Below, one piece after another: positions 36,215 through 49,189 of a stretch of DNA of 59,802 nucleotides. Position numbers and translations under genes: made by a program. The DNA is from Chiloscyllium plagiosum. Taxonomy: Eukaryota. The notes beneath the pieces were generated by a model that saw nothing but the letters and a program-made list of their open reading frames with translations, searched no databases and had not been told where the DNA came from. The stretch covers positions 11,730,387 through 11,790,188 of the forward strand of contig NC_057718.1 of assembly GCF_004010195.1 (NCBI RefSeq), written 5' to 3'. Positions within the stretch are counted from its first letter, which is position 1. Each line of letters starts with the position of its first letter.

Positions 36215-37359
36215 TGGCGGCAGTTGCAATGGGAGGAGCGACAGCGAAGACCAGAGGCCTGATGGGAAGGTAAATTTAAAATATAAAAACTTACCTCGTG
36301 TATAGGCGGAGCACACACTGAGCAGGAGCAGACTGCTGGGTAAGTGAGGCTTTATATTTGGATGGTTGCTCTACCCAACACACGACTCGGGTAATGTCTC
36401 CCACTCATCCTCCTCCTCTAAATGATAAAAAAGGTCTGTGCACTGATTGGTAAGGTGGCTAGGTTTTTTTTTAGTCTTCAATAGTCTCGTTGGGAATTTA
36501 GAATCGTGGAATTGAAGGTTAGGGCAGTTGAATGTTCCTCCTGCAGAATATAGGAGGTAAGGGTCAGCACTAGTGTCCCTGCTGACTGGACCTGCGGGAA
36601 GTGCACCCAACTCCAGCTTCTCAAGAACCGCATTAGGGATGTGGTTTGGATGAACTTTGGATCATTTGGGAGGTGGAGGGGGTTATTGGGAGGAATTACA
36701 GGGAGGTAGTCACACTTCAGGTACAAGAAAAAGGCAGATGGGTTACAGTCAGAGGATAGAAGGGGAACTAGCAGGCAGCACAGGAATCCACTATGGCTGT
36801 TCCTCTCAACAACAAGCATATTACTATCAATACTGTTGGGGGAAATAACTTACTAGGGGTAAGCAATGGGGCACATGTCTCCTGCATAGAGTCTGTCCCT
36901 TTGCTCAGAAGGGAAGGGGAAGAGGAGCAAAGCATTAGTCATTTGAGACTCCATAGTTAGGGGGACAGGTAGGAGGTTCTGTGGGAATGAAAGAGACTCA
37001 CGGTTGGTATGTTACTTCCCAGTTGCCAGGGTTCGTGATGTCTCTGATTGTGTTTTCGGGATCCTGGCGGGAGAGGGGGAGCAGCCTACATAGGCACCAA
37101 CAACATTGGTAGGAAGAGAGATGGGAATTTAAGGCAGAAATTCAGGGAGCTAGGGTGGAAGCTTAGAGCTAGAACAAACAGAGCTGTTACCTTTAGTTTG
37201 TTGCCCATGCCAGGTGCAAGCGAGGTGAGGAAAAGGGAGGGAGAGGAATTGAACAGGAATGCTGCAGGAGGGAGGGTTTTGGATTCTTGGATAATTGGGG
37301 CTCATTCTGGGGTAGGTGGGACCTCTACAAACAGGATGATCTTCACCTGAACCAGAGGG
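36215..37359 (+). mobile_element. CR1 5'UTR and ORF1 (Zn finger, esterase), degenerate
   Basis: VRAVECSSCR...WTCGKC; ALVI*DSIVRG; YIGTNNIGR...FRELG. Confidence 0.8.
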
Positions 37360-39107
37360 ATGACGAGAACGAGGGTAGGTCCGATCAAGGCCAGTAGTGG
37401 GAGACTGTGTATTGAGTCGGAAGAGATAGGAGAGGTCTTGAATGAGTACTTTTCTTCAGTATTTACGAACGAGAGGGACCGTATTGTAGAAGAGGAGAGT
37501 GTGAAATGGACTGGTAAGCTAGAAGAGATACCTGTTAGAAAGGAGGATGTGTTGGACATTTTGAACAACTTGAGGATAGACAAGTCCCCCGGGCTTGACG
37601 GGATATATCCTAGGATTATGTGGGGAGCAAGAGAGGAAATTGCAGTACCGTTGGCAATGATCTTCTCGTCTTCACTGGCAACGGGGGTGGTACCAGGGGA
37701 CTGGAGAGTAGCGAATGTTGTGCCCCTGTTCAAAAAAGGGAATAGGGATAACCCCGGGAATTACAGGCCTGTTAGTCTTACTTCTGTGGTAGGCAAAGTA
37801 ATGGAAAGGGTACTGAGGGATAGGATTTATGAGTATCTGGAAAGACACTGCTTGATTAGGGACAGCCAGCACGGATTTGTGAAGGGTAGGTCTTGCCTTA
37901 CAAGTCTAATTGAGTTCTTTGAGGAGGTGACCAAGCATGTGGATGAGGGTAGAGCAGTGGATGTAGTGTACATGGATTTTAGTAAGGCATTTGATAAGGT
38001 TCCCCATGGTAGGCTTATGCGGAAAGTCAGGAGGCATGGATAGAGGGAAATTTGGCCAATTGGATAGAAAACTGGCTAACCGGTCGAAGGCAGAGAGTGG
38101 TGGTAGATGGTAAATACTCAGCCTGGAGCCCAGTTACATGTGGAGTTCCGCAGGGATCAGTTCTGGGTCCTCTGCTGTTTGTAATTTTTATTAATGACTT
38201 AGATGAGGGAGTCGAAGGGTGGGTCAGTAAATTTGCAGATGATACGAAGATAGGTGGAGTTGTGGACAGTGAGGAGGGTTGTTGTCGGCTGCAGAGGGAC
38301 TTAGATATGATGCAGAGCTGGGCTGAGGAGTGGCAGATGGAGTTCAACCCTGCCACGTGTGAGGTTGTCCATTTTGGAAGAACAAATAAGAATGCGGAAT
38401 ACAGGGTTAATGGTAGTGTTCTTAGTCAGGTGGAGGAACAGAGGGATCTTGGGGTCTATGTACATAGATCTTTGAAGGTTGCCACTCAGGTGGATAGAGT
38501 TTGTAAGAAGGTCTATGGAGTATTATCGTTCATTAGCAGAGGGATTGAATTCAAGAGTTGTGAAGTGATGTTGCAGCTGTACAGGACTTTGGTTAGGCCA
38601 CAGTTGGAGTACTGTGTGCAGTTCTGGTCGCCTCACTTTAGGAAAGATGTGGAAGCTTTGGAGAGGGTGCAGAGAAGATTTACCAGGATGTTGCCTGGAA
38701 TGGAGAGGGAGTCGTACGAGGATAGGTTGAGAGTTCTCGGCCTTTTCTCGTTGGAACGGCGAAGGATGAGGGGTGACTTGATAGAGGTTTATAAGATGAT
38801 CAGAGGAATAGATAGAGTAGACAGTCAGAAACTTTTTCCCCGGGTACAACAGAGTGTTACAAGGGGACATAAATTTAAGGTGAAGGGTGGAAGGTATAGG
38901 GGAGATGTCAGGGGTGGGTTCTTTACCCAGAGAGTGGTGGGGGCATGGAATGCGCTGCCCGTGGGAGTGGTGGAGTCGGAATCATTGGCGACCTTTAAGC
39001 GGCATTTGGATAGGTACATGGATGGGTACTTAATCTAGGTTAGAAGTTCAGCACAACATCGTGGGCCGAAGGGCCTGTTCTGTGCTGTATTGTTCTATGT
39101 TCTATGT
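37360..39107 (+). mobile_element. Young CR1 LINE, ORF2 RT half and 3'UTR (continuation of 34243-35353)
   Basis: [63 protein letters not shown]. Single 1-nt frameshift at ~38040. (TGTTCTA)n tail. Confidence 0.95.
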
Positions 39108-40171
39108 ACTTCAATGGAACAAATAATGCTGAAGCATTTCAGCAACCTTGGCCGGAAGTGCTGAGTGGGTGATCCACATCAGCCTCCTTCAGAGGTTCCT
39201 ACCAATACAGATGGCAGTCTTCAGCCAATTTGATTCATTCCACATGATATCAAGAAACTGTTGGAAGGGCTGGATTTTAGCAAACTGCAGCTCAATCAAT
39301 CTGAGGAAATGTAAAACTTTCTGATACTGCTGTGACTCAATAATGAATCAATCTTTCTGCCACAAAGCAGCATTGTCTCGCACAGTCAAAAATGTGCATC
39401 ACTTTATTTTTTCCTAGTTCAACTCTAATACAGTCCAACTTCCATTCCTGTTCACAATCCAAAAGGAAAAATATATGTGGTTCTTTACAACATGTTGTCC
39501 ATTCCTTTTGGGGTTTTTAAATTGGCTGGAGGTGAAGACTTCAGCTTTCCTAATGGTGTCCATGTGGTGTATCAAAATTGCCACATGTACTGTCTGAGTT
39601 TTGTAGGTTGTAACATTGTGGTTACCCCTTGGAATTTGTTGCCATGCTTGCATGCCAGGGACGGGACTTTGGAAGCTTCTTTGGCATTGTTCCTTGGCCA
39701 TTTTTCAAAAGCTGGTGTGGAGCCTTATGTTGTTCTTTGGGTTTGTCTGGATGATTGGATTTCTTCCATATTTTACCTCAACATCCCCTTGTGGAAAAAG
39801 TTACTTAGTGATGGACACTGGATTGGTGAGTGAGATAAGTCATGTCTCATAGAAGGTTTGGATGTTCTACTCAATCTGTTGATGGCTGTGTTTAATTGTT
39901 CCAGAGTCAAGCACTGCTGGTGGCCTGCAACAAATCCTTTGAACTTGTGTCCTTCTTCTGGTAGTGTGTCAATGTTTTTTTTAAATTTAGGTTTGTTCAG
40001 AACAATTTGGAAAGAGTTGATAGACATTGAGTCAATCACCAGTTCCAGAAACCTTTCAGGTAAGTTAGCTTCAATGAAATCACATTCTATACCTCTGTAC
40101 TGACACCTACCTATGAAATGGTCAATTATTTCACTTGGCTGTTGTCAGTATGACATGAACTCAAGTCTCTG

Positions 40172-40263
40172 TCTCCTGGAAGAAGCAGTGCTCTAAAAGC
40201 TAGTGCTTCCAAATAACCCTATTGGTCTATAACCTGTTGGTTGTGTGATTTTTAACTTTGTCC
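40172..40263 (+). mobile_element. Degenerate Penelope-like repeat (family of 15891-16104)
   Basis: CCTGGAAGAAGCAGTGCTCTAAAAGCTAGTGCTTCCAAATAA...TATAACCTG..GTTGTGTGATTTTTAACTTTGTCC. Confidence 0.6.
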
Positions 40264-41237
40264 TGAAATTGAATCACAATATCACAGAATTGTTAGAGTT
40301 GTAGAAAGCCATTTGAGTCCATTGTGTCAACACTGCCTCTCTGAACTGTTTAAGTTAGTGCTAATTTCGTGCTTTTCCCCCACAGTCCTGCACATTGTTT
40401 TGATTTCAGTAATCATCTAATGCCTTCTTAAATATTAACTTGAACTTTTAAATGAACTTCTAAAATCAAGAAATTTGTCATGATCTTTGCCGTCATCATC
40501 AGAAATGCTGGAGGATTTTATCCTTCTTAATCTTTTAGTGCTAAAAATGAGAAGAAGCTTGACTGTCACTTTTTGTCAGCTATCTGCGAAGGATAAAGTG
40601 AAGACATTTTTCTTTAAACAACTGCAGTTTTGTCAGAAGGTCAACATTACACCATTGTTGTGTTCAATTTCCATCTATTTTCTCTAAAATTGCCAGTTTA
40701 AGAATGCTGCAACATGGTTCCTTTCTATGTTTTTGTTGGCTTTTTAAAAAAACTTTGTATGTTGCTGGCCCTTAACAAATTCCAGGCTTGTGGTAGCAGG
40801 TTTTTGACTTCTTCCAGGACATCCCTGCAGGGAGTTCTGCAGGGTAATATCCTTGGCCCAACTATCTTCAGCTGCTTCCTCAATGACCTTCCTTCCATCA
40901 TAAGGTCAGAAGTGGGGATGTTTGCTGATGATTGCACAATATTCAGCACCATTCACCACTCCTCAGACACTGAAGTGGTCCATGTTCAAATGCAATAGAA
41001 TCTGGACAATATCCAGGCTTGGACTGATAAATGACAAGTAACATTTGCACCAGACAAATACCAGGCAGTGACCATCTCCAATAAGAGACAATCTAACCAC
41101 TACTCCTTGACATTCAATGTTGTTACCATCACTGAATCCACTACTATCAACACCCTTGGGGTTATCATTGACCAGAAAATCAATTGGACTCACTACATAA
41201 ACACAGTTTCTACAAGAAAAGGTCAGAGGCTAGGAGT

Positions 41238-41988
41238 ACTCCATTTTGGTCAAAATAGCAGTAAAAAGGACTTGAATGGTAAAAATTGCAGCGTGCTGCT
41301 GTGCAGAGGGACCTGGGTATCCTTGTGCTTGAATGAAAGAAGGTTACTCTGCAGATGCAACAGGTAATTAGGAAGGCAAATGGAATTTTGTCCTTCATTG
41401 CTAAAGGAATTTAAAAGCAGGGAGGTTATGTTGCAGCTGTATTGAGTGCTGGTGAGGCCACATCTGGAGTACTGCTTGCAGTTTTGGTCTCCTTACTTGA
41501 GAAAGAATGTATTGGCACTAGAGGGAGTGCAGAGGAGGTTCACTAGGTTGATTCTGGAGTTGAGGGGGTTGGCTTATGAGGAGACACTGAGTAGACTGGG
41601 ATTATATTCATTGGAATTTAGAAGGATGAGGGGGGATCTTATAGAAACTTATACAATTTTGAAGGGAATAGATAAGGTAGAAGTAAAGAGGATGTTTCCA
41701 TTGGCAGGTGAAACTACAACAAGGGGAACAGATTTAGGACTGAATTGAGAAGGAACTTGTTCACCCAGAGGATTGTGAATCTATGGAATTCACTGTCCAG
41801 TGCAATAGTTGAGGCTTTTAAAGCTAAGATAGATAATGTTTTCAACAGAACTGATATTAAAGGTTATAGTGGGAGGGCGGTTAAGTGGAGCTGTGGCCAC
41901 AAAGATCTGCCATGATCTTATTGAATGGTGGAGTAGGCTCGAAGGGCCAGGCGGCCTACTCCTGCTCCTATTTCTTATGTTCTTATGT
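41238..41988 (+). mobile_element. CR1 LINE 3' fragment nested in the old LINE
   Basis: LVRPHLEYCLQFWSPYLRK...RRMRGDLIETY. Tail (TTCTTATG)n. Confidence 0.88.
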
Positions 41989-43619
41989 TGAGTATCTCAC
42001 CTCCTGACTTCCCAAATCCAGTCTATCATCTACAAGGCACAAGTTAGGAGTATGATGGAATGCTCCTCACTTGCCTGAATGGGTGCAGCTTCAGCAACAC
42101 CTGGACATCATCCAGGACAAAACAGCCTGTTTAGTTGGTACTACATCCAGAAGTAACCACGCCCTCCGGTACCAATGCTCAGTTACAGCAGTATGTGTTA
42201 TCTACAAGATGCTTTGCAAAAATTCATCAAAACTCCTTAGACAACACCTTGCAAAGGTGGTTCTATCTAAAAGGGCAAGGGCAGCAAATACACGGGAAAA
42301 CCACCACCTGCAGGTTCCCCTCCAAGCTACTCTCCATCCTGATTTGGAAATATGTTGTTGATCCTTCACTATCACTGGGTCAAACTTCTGGAATACCCTC
42401 CCTAATGGTATTGTGGGTCAACCTACAGCATGTGAACTCGAGCAATTCAAGAAAACAGCTCACCACAACTTTCTCAAGGGCACCTAAGAATGCCAGTAAA
42501 AATGCGGGCCAGCCAGAACTGCCTACATTCCGTGAATGAATAAAAGAAGAGGCTAACATTATACCCATGTTATTGTTGACCTTTGAATCCATGAACTTTG
42601 ACTTTGCTGACAGGACTTTTATGTGGTACCTTATCAATCTTTGCCCCCTTTCAGCAGATATAGCAGACAACCAGAAACAAGCCACAGCACATATGATGTG
42701 GTAATGCATACTTTAGATTGAATTATAACAGCATCAGAATTTCATATGTCCCCTAGACTTGTAAAGATAGACATCAATATGTGTATTCATATATTTTTCA
42801 ATTATGATGCAATTGAATTTTTACATCACTTCAATATGTAGGCATAGTTGTTTAATGCTCCATCCATGTGACACCATATCTAGCTGTGTAGCATTTCCTT
42901 AATACTGTGGTAGAGGGTCAGTCTGAATTATAATCTTGAAATGCCACTCTGTGTTCTTCCACTCTAACGTCAATGGGATGGACCACTAGAATTCCAGGAA
43001 GCAATTGTTGAATAAAATAATGGTTCTGAAAGAGTTAATGTTGATGTTACATTTAGTTTCATCCAGTCTGATACTGTACAGTCTTTGGATGGAGACAAGT
43101 CACTTCTATACATATCAGCCTTTTCAAGGAGCAGTGATAGTCAGTACAGCTGGTGAGAAACCAGGTACTTAGTCCTGATGAGTAATGTAAGTTGTTCTTA
43201 TTGCTGTCATACAATAAAATATCTTTTTATCTGAGACAAATGCTTCTTCAATTTAGAATCACCAGTAAATATCCTCTGCCAGAAATAATTACAGGTCCTG
43301 GACCAATTATGGACAAAGGAGGATTGGTGGCACTGAACTACATCAACCATTCCCAGCCCAATATCACAGCAATTAGGAAAATATCTGCGGAATTTCAAGA
43401 ACTTACAAACATCTGTAATGACCCTTGAACCCACAACTATTATTAACCTATGTTAGCAGCATAATGCCTGTTCTAGGGTCATGCCCAGTGACTCAGTAGC
43501 GAGGCCATCCAGTGTCAAGTTGGGCATAATTAAACCCCTTTTCTTGTACTGGAGTTCGATCCCCAGATTAGACCAAGTTGTGTCTACTTGATAGCCACTA
43601 GAAGGATACAATGAGGTCT

Positions 43620-43702
43620 ATCCTGATGAAGGTCAGGACTTCTGCACCTCCTGACGTTGCCTGGCTTGCTGTGTTCTCCCAGCTTCCTGTTTGCCTACTT
43701 TG
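43620..43702 (+). mobile_element. Penelope-like repeat relic (family of 29576)
   Basis: CCTGATGAAGG...GACTTCTGCACCTCCTGACGTTGCCTGGCTTGCTGTGTTCTCCCAGC. The stem II/GAAA segment is deleted. Confidence 0.6.
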
Positions 43703-44509
43703 AGGTCCAACTTCTGTCCTGAGGATCTTCACATCCTTTCTCAAAACCCTCCTGATGAATTTAATGGTAGATTATTTCATCAGGTGCTAAACATGAAAGG
43801 TTATGTGATTATTTGCAATGAGAAATTTGCAATTGGTTGGCTACTGAAAGTGATTCCCCCGATTTGTGTTATACTGGCAGACGGTCAGATTGCAGAAACA
43901 TTGCAGTTTACAGTTAGCCTCCGTTTGGCCAAAGTACGGATTTCAGAAAATGACTCCTGACATCTTTTACTGAAAGATGGTTCTGCTTTGTATTTCTTTA
44001 TGTTCTGGATTTCATATGTGACGCAATCAAATACAATTATTTACATGCTGAAGCAATAATTTACAACCGCATTTCTGATGTTTCCATAATGACACTTCCA
44101 TTTATAGTGTGCTTTTTGACCTATTCACCATTATTCTCAGAATGCTTCAAACTATGGCTGTGTAGAATCAGACAGACTATGTTATGTTTGTACTTTAATA
44201 CTTGATGACAGACGATGGGCTCGATTTATCTTGAAAGAGTTGCTGACTAACTCTGCCTCTGGCATGTACTAATCCATTTTAGCACAAGCGTCAGTGATGT
44301 GTGCAAATATTGTTGGCTGATGATTCATGCGATTGAAGCCAAATTCCACAGTTTGCCCTTTGAAGTATTAATCTATTTGGTGTGCTGCACTCTGTTCATC
44401 ATTTATAGAACTGTTTAGAGCCCAGCGTGTTAGAGTTTGAGGTTGTACATTGTACTGCACTTTGGTTGTCTTTGAATTTTCTACCTTCCCGTCTTGAAAG
44501 GGCAGAGGA

Positions 44510-45140
44510 TTATGTTTTTCTATATTGGACAAAGCATTGAGAATAGGAGTTGGAAGGTCATGATGCGGCTGTACAGGACATTGGTTAGGCCACTGTTGGA
44601 ATATTGTGTGCAATTCTGGTCTTCCTACAATTGGAAGGATGTTGTGAAAGTTGAAACTGTTCAGAAAAGATTTACAAGTATGTTGCCAGGGTTGGAGGGT
44701 TTGGAATTATAGGGAGAGGCTGAATAGGCTGGGGCTGTTTTCCCTGGAGCGTTGGAGGCTGAAGGGTGACCTTATAGAGGTTTATAAAATCATGAGGGCA
44801 TGGATAGGGTAAGTAGACAAGGTATTTTCCCTGGGTTGGGAGAGTCCAGAACTGGAGGTAATAGGTTTAGGGTGAGAGGGGGAAAATTTAAAAGGGACCT
44901 AAGGGGCAACTTCTTCACGCAGAGGGTGGTGTGTGTATGGAATGAACTGCCAGAGGAAGTAGTGGAGGCTGGTAGAATTGCAACATTTAAAAGGCATCTG
45001 GATGGGTACGTGAATAAGAAGGGTTCAGAAGGATACGGGCCAAGTGCTGGCAAATGGGACTAGATTTGGTTAGGTTAGGTTATCTGCTCAGCATGGACAA
45101 TTCGGACATACAGTACATACTGTAAATCTGTATGACTGTA
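44510..45140 (+). mobile_element. HER1/CR1 3' fragment
   Basis: [36 protein letters not shown]. Confidence 0.88.
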
Positions 45141-45489
45141 TATTATGGGGAAGTGACAAAGACACTAATCTAAAAACTGTCAGATTGTGAGTCCTATCAG
45201 GTCAAGGTGCAAAATAAAATCTTAGATTCCAGAGCAGGCTAATCTCATGGTGTCAGATAGCCACCAGATATGTTAGATTAAAATTTCCCCTGCTGTGGTA
45301 GCAAAGGAGAGCACTTTGATTGCTTTTCTGGGGACACTTTTTTGGGGGTATTGAGGTTTGCAAACACAGAGGACCATCCTGAACAGAGAGAATTTGCAAC
45401 AATTCTTATTTGGTTGGCATCAAAACAGAAGTGCATCATTATCCAAATCCAGGAAGTTGCCATGATATCTTCATTTGGTAGCCATTCAT

Positions 45490-46282
45490 TTGGATTTGGG
45501 AAAGCAAATCTTAGCAGGACTCATACACTTAATGGTAAGGTCCGAGGGAGTGTTGCTGAACAAAGAGACCTTGGAGTGCAGGTTCATAGCTCCTTGAAAG
45601 TGGAGTCGCAGGTAGATAGGAGAGTAAAGAAGACGTTTGGTATGCTTTCTTTTATTGGTCAGAGTATTGAGTTACAGGAGTTGGGAGGTCATGTTGCAGC
45701 TGTACAGGACATTGGTTAGGCCACTATTGGGATATTGTGTGCAGTTCTGGTCTCCTTCCTATCGGAAAGGTGTTGTGAAACTTGAAAGGGTTCAGAAAAG
45801 ATTTACAAGGATGTTTCCAGGGTTGGAGAATTTGAGCTATAGAGAAAGGCTGAACAGGCTGGGGCTGTTTTTCCTGGAGCATTGGAGGTTGAAGGGTGAC
45901 CTTATAGAGGTTTACAAAATCATGAGGGGCATGGATAGGATAAATCGACAAAGTCTTTTCTCTGGTGTCAGGGAGTCCAGAACTAGAGGGCATAGGTTTA
46001 GGGTGAGAGGGGAAAGATATAAAAGAGACCTACGGGCAACATTTTCACGCAGAGGAATAGAATTCACAATGGAATGTGCTGCTAGAGGAAATGGTGGAGG
46101 CTGGTACAATTGCAACATTTAAAAGGCATTTGGATGGGTAAATGAATAGGAAGAGTTTGGAGGGATGTGGGCCAGGCGCTGGCAGGTGGGACTAGATTAG
46201 GTTGGGATATCTGGTCAGCATGGACGAGTTGGACCGAAGAGTCTGTTTCCATGCTGTACATCTCTGTGACTCTATGACTCCA
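45490..46282 (+). mobile_element. HER1/CR1 3' fragment
   Basis: EQRDLGVQVHSSLK; LYRTLVRPLLGYC. Tail (CTATGACT)n. Confidence 0.88.
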
Positions 46283-46399
46283 TGATGTTGGCATTGAAGC
46301 ATTGATTTCAACATTGCTGACTCTGCAAGTCAGTTGACAGGCCTTTGTTCTATTTTCTTGTTGATGATGACTTCACGAGCTTGCCTGGCTCCCAGCATT

Positions 46400-47210
46400 C
46401 AGAGCAAGAATATAATGTGAATATCTGTGAGGTTATCCACTGTGGTAGCAAAAGTAGGAAGGCTGATTATTTTCTGAATGGTGATAGATTGGGAAAGGGA
46501 AGGTGCCATGAGACCTGGGTGCCTTTGAACACCTGTCTGAAAATAAGCATTCAGGTGCAGCAGGCAGTGACAAAAACCAATAGTGCATTGGCCTTCATAG
46601 TGAGACCATTCACGTACAGGAGTAGGATGGATGTGTTGCTGCACTTATACAGGGCCTTAGTGAGACAAGACCTGGAGTATTTTCTGCAGTTTTGGTCTCC
46701 TTATCTGAAGGAGGATGTTCTGGCTATGGAGGGAGTGTAATAAAGGTCTATCTGATACCTGGGATGGCAGGATTGATGTAAGACAAGAGACTCGATGGGA
46801 AAGATGACACTCAAAGTGTGTAGAAGAAGGTGGGGGTTCTCAAGAAGTCTACAAAATTCTAACAAGATGATATGGGTTAAATACGTGAGCTTTCCGATGA
46901 CTGGGAAGTCCAGAACCAGTTATCTCAGTTTAAGAATTCTGCATAGGCCATTTAGGACCGAGATCTCTTTACCAAGGGAGTGTTGAGCCTGTGGAACTCT
47001 CTTCCACATAAAGCAATTGAGGCTGAAAGTTTTATGTTTTGAGGGAAGTGTTAGATGTACTACTTAGGGCGAAAGGGAATGAAAAGTATGAGGAGAACGC
47101 GGGACCAGGAGACTGAGTTAGGTGATCAGCTATGATTATATTGACTGGCAGAGCAGGCTTAAAGGGCTGAATGGCCCACTCATGCTCTTATTTTGTATGA
47201 TCCTATATCT
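46400..47210 (+). mobile_element. Degenerate CR1 3' fragment
   Basis: LYRALVRQDLEYFLQFWSPYL plus a 3'UTR remnant. Confidence 0.75.
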
Positions 47211-47334
47211 TCCTTGTAGATTTGCCTTGGTACTTTTCAGGTGGACATTCCACAAACCCCCTGAGAGCTTTGTGAGACAATCATTGTAGTTACATCCACA
47301 TTCACCTTTTGGCTGTGTGATCTCTTTTAAAAAA

Positions 47335-48840
47335 CAGAGTCACAGTCAGAGAGATGTACAGCATGGAAACAGACCCTTTGGTCTGACCCATCCATGCCGA
47401 CCGGATATCCCAACCCAATTTGGTCCCACCTGCCAGCACCCTTTCCATATCCCTCCAAACCCTTCCTATTCATATANNNNNNNNNNNNNNNNNNNNNNNN
47501 NNNNNNNNNNNNNNNNNNNNNNNNNNNNNNNNNNNNNNNNNNNNNNNNNNNNNNNNNNNNNNNNNNNNNNNNNNNNNNNNNNNNNNNNNNNNNNNNNNNN
47601 NNNNNNNNNNNNNNNNNNNNNNNNNNNNNNNNNNNNNNNNNNNNNNNNNNNNNNNNNNNNNNNNNNNNNNNNNNNNNNNNNNNNNNNNNNNNNNNNNNNN
47701 NNNNNNNNNNNNNNNNNNNNNNNNNNNNNNNNNNNNNNNNNNNNNNNNNNNNNNNNNNNNNNNNNNNNNNNNNNNNNNNNNNNNNNNNNNNNNNNNNNNN
47801 NNNNNNNNNNNNNNNNNNNNNNNNNNNNNNNNNNNNNNNNNNNNNNNNNNNNNNNNNNNNNNNNNNNNNNNNNNNNNNNNNNNNNNNNNNNNNNNNNNNN
47901 NNNNNNNNNNNNNNNNNNNNNNNNNNNNNNNNNNNNNNNNNNNNNNNNNNNNNNNNNNNNNNNNNNNNNNNNNNNNGAAGAGGATAGAGAGAGGAATTTA
48001 GAGAGTGCAGTAGTCAGGTAGAGCGAGTGGGTGGAGAGGGATTATGGGAGGGGGAAAGATAGAGGGGAAAAGGCAGCTATCATTAATATAATCTATACCT
48101 CTCTTTGTTTTATTAACTATTATATCGTCATCTCTCAAACTCCTATGTTCGAGTGAAAAAAATGCCAGGTGATCTCGCCTTTGCTTATAATTAAAACTTT
48201 TCATCATTAGTAACATCCTACTAAATCTCTTCTAAACCCTCTCCATCTTAATAATATCCCTCCTATAACTGGGAGACCAGTAATCCAGAAGACGCCTCAC
48301 CAATGTCTTGTACAAACTCATCATGATTTCCCAACACCGATACATAAAGGACTGAGCCATGAAGGCAAACGTGTCAAACGCCTTTTTAACCACCCTGCTA
48401 ATATGTGGAGGAAACGTCCAAGAATTCTGCCCCTGCAACTCTCGCTCCCTCTATTCTACAACATGATCCAAATCCCTACCATTATTTGTATAAGTGCTAC
48501 CCTTGTTTTACCAAAATGCAATACCTCGCACTCATCCAGTTTAAACTCATTTTGCCATTTTCTAGCCCATTGACTGATTTAATCAAGATCCCTTTGTAAT
48601 TGTAGATAACCTTATTCACTGGCGTGGTTTATGAGTGGAATCAAATTCCTGCGGAAGTGGTTATTGGAGGCACAATCACCACCTTCTTCACTGTCTATGC
48701 CACCAATGTTAGTGTTGTCCACAAACTTACGAACAATGTCTTCTATATTCTAATCCAAATCATTAATGTAAATAGCAAACAAAAGTGGACTCAAATAAGG
48801 ACCCTGTGTAACACCCCTGGTGATAGGCCTCAAGTCTGAA
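47335..48840 (-). mobile_element. HER1/CR1 fragments either side of an N gap
   Basis: Reverse 3'UTR at 47335-47476; SLYKTLVRRLLDY...IIKMERV. Confidence 0.7.
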
Positions 48841-49189
48841 AAAACATTCTTGAAAGTATTTAACAAATCCTTCACTAGCCAAACCATTAACCATTATGAT
48901 CGCCTCAGCCAATGTTTAGAAAATTGAAATCACCTACTATTACACCCTTATTGTCCTCATCCATACTTCTGAGATTTCTCTACATATTTGTTCCTCAGTT
49001 TCTCTCTGACTATTGGGCGGCCTCCAGTGCCATCAAGGCGATTATTGCTGTTTTATTTCTCATTTCAACCCATAAAGTTTCACCGGATGATTTGTTTAGA
49101 AATATTTTCTGCAGTTATAGCAGTAACGTTTTCATCAATAACATGAGTCGTCATCCTCTTTTTCCTCCCGTGCTATCCTTCCTACGTCG

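Larger units (their letters stand above)
34170..42548 (+). mobile_element. Old LINE (CR1/L2 group) fragmented by later insertions: 34170-34242, 39108-39290, 40815-41237, 41989-42548
   Basis: GGGGATCATCCTGG|TTCAATG rejoins across the young CR1. GVLQGNILGPTIFSCFLNDLP...MFADDCT; IYKAQVRSMMECS. 3' end GCCTACATTCCGTGAATGAATAAAA. Confidence 0.7.

Noticed and set aside
43170..43195. CCTGATGAG as another hammerhead core
   Set aside because: No stem II or GAAA downstream.
43192..43428. 78-aa ORF in unique sequence
   Set aside because: No ATG start (TTG), no convincing donor site and no recognisable homology.
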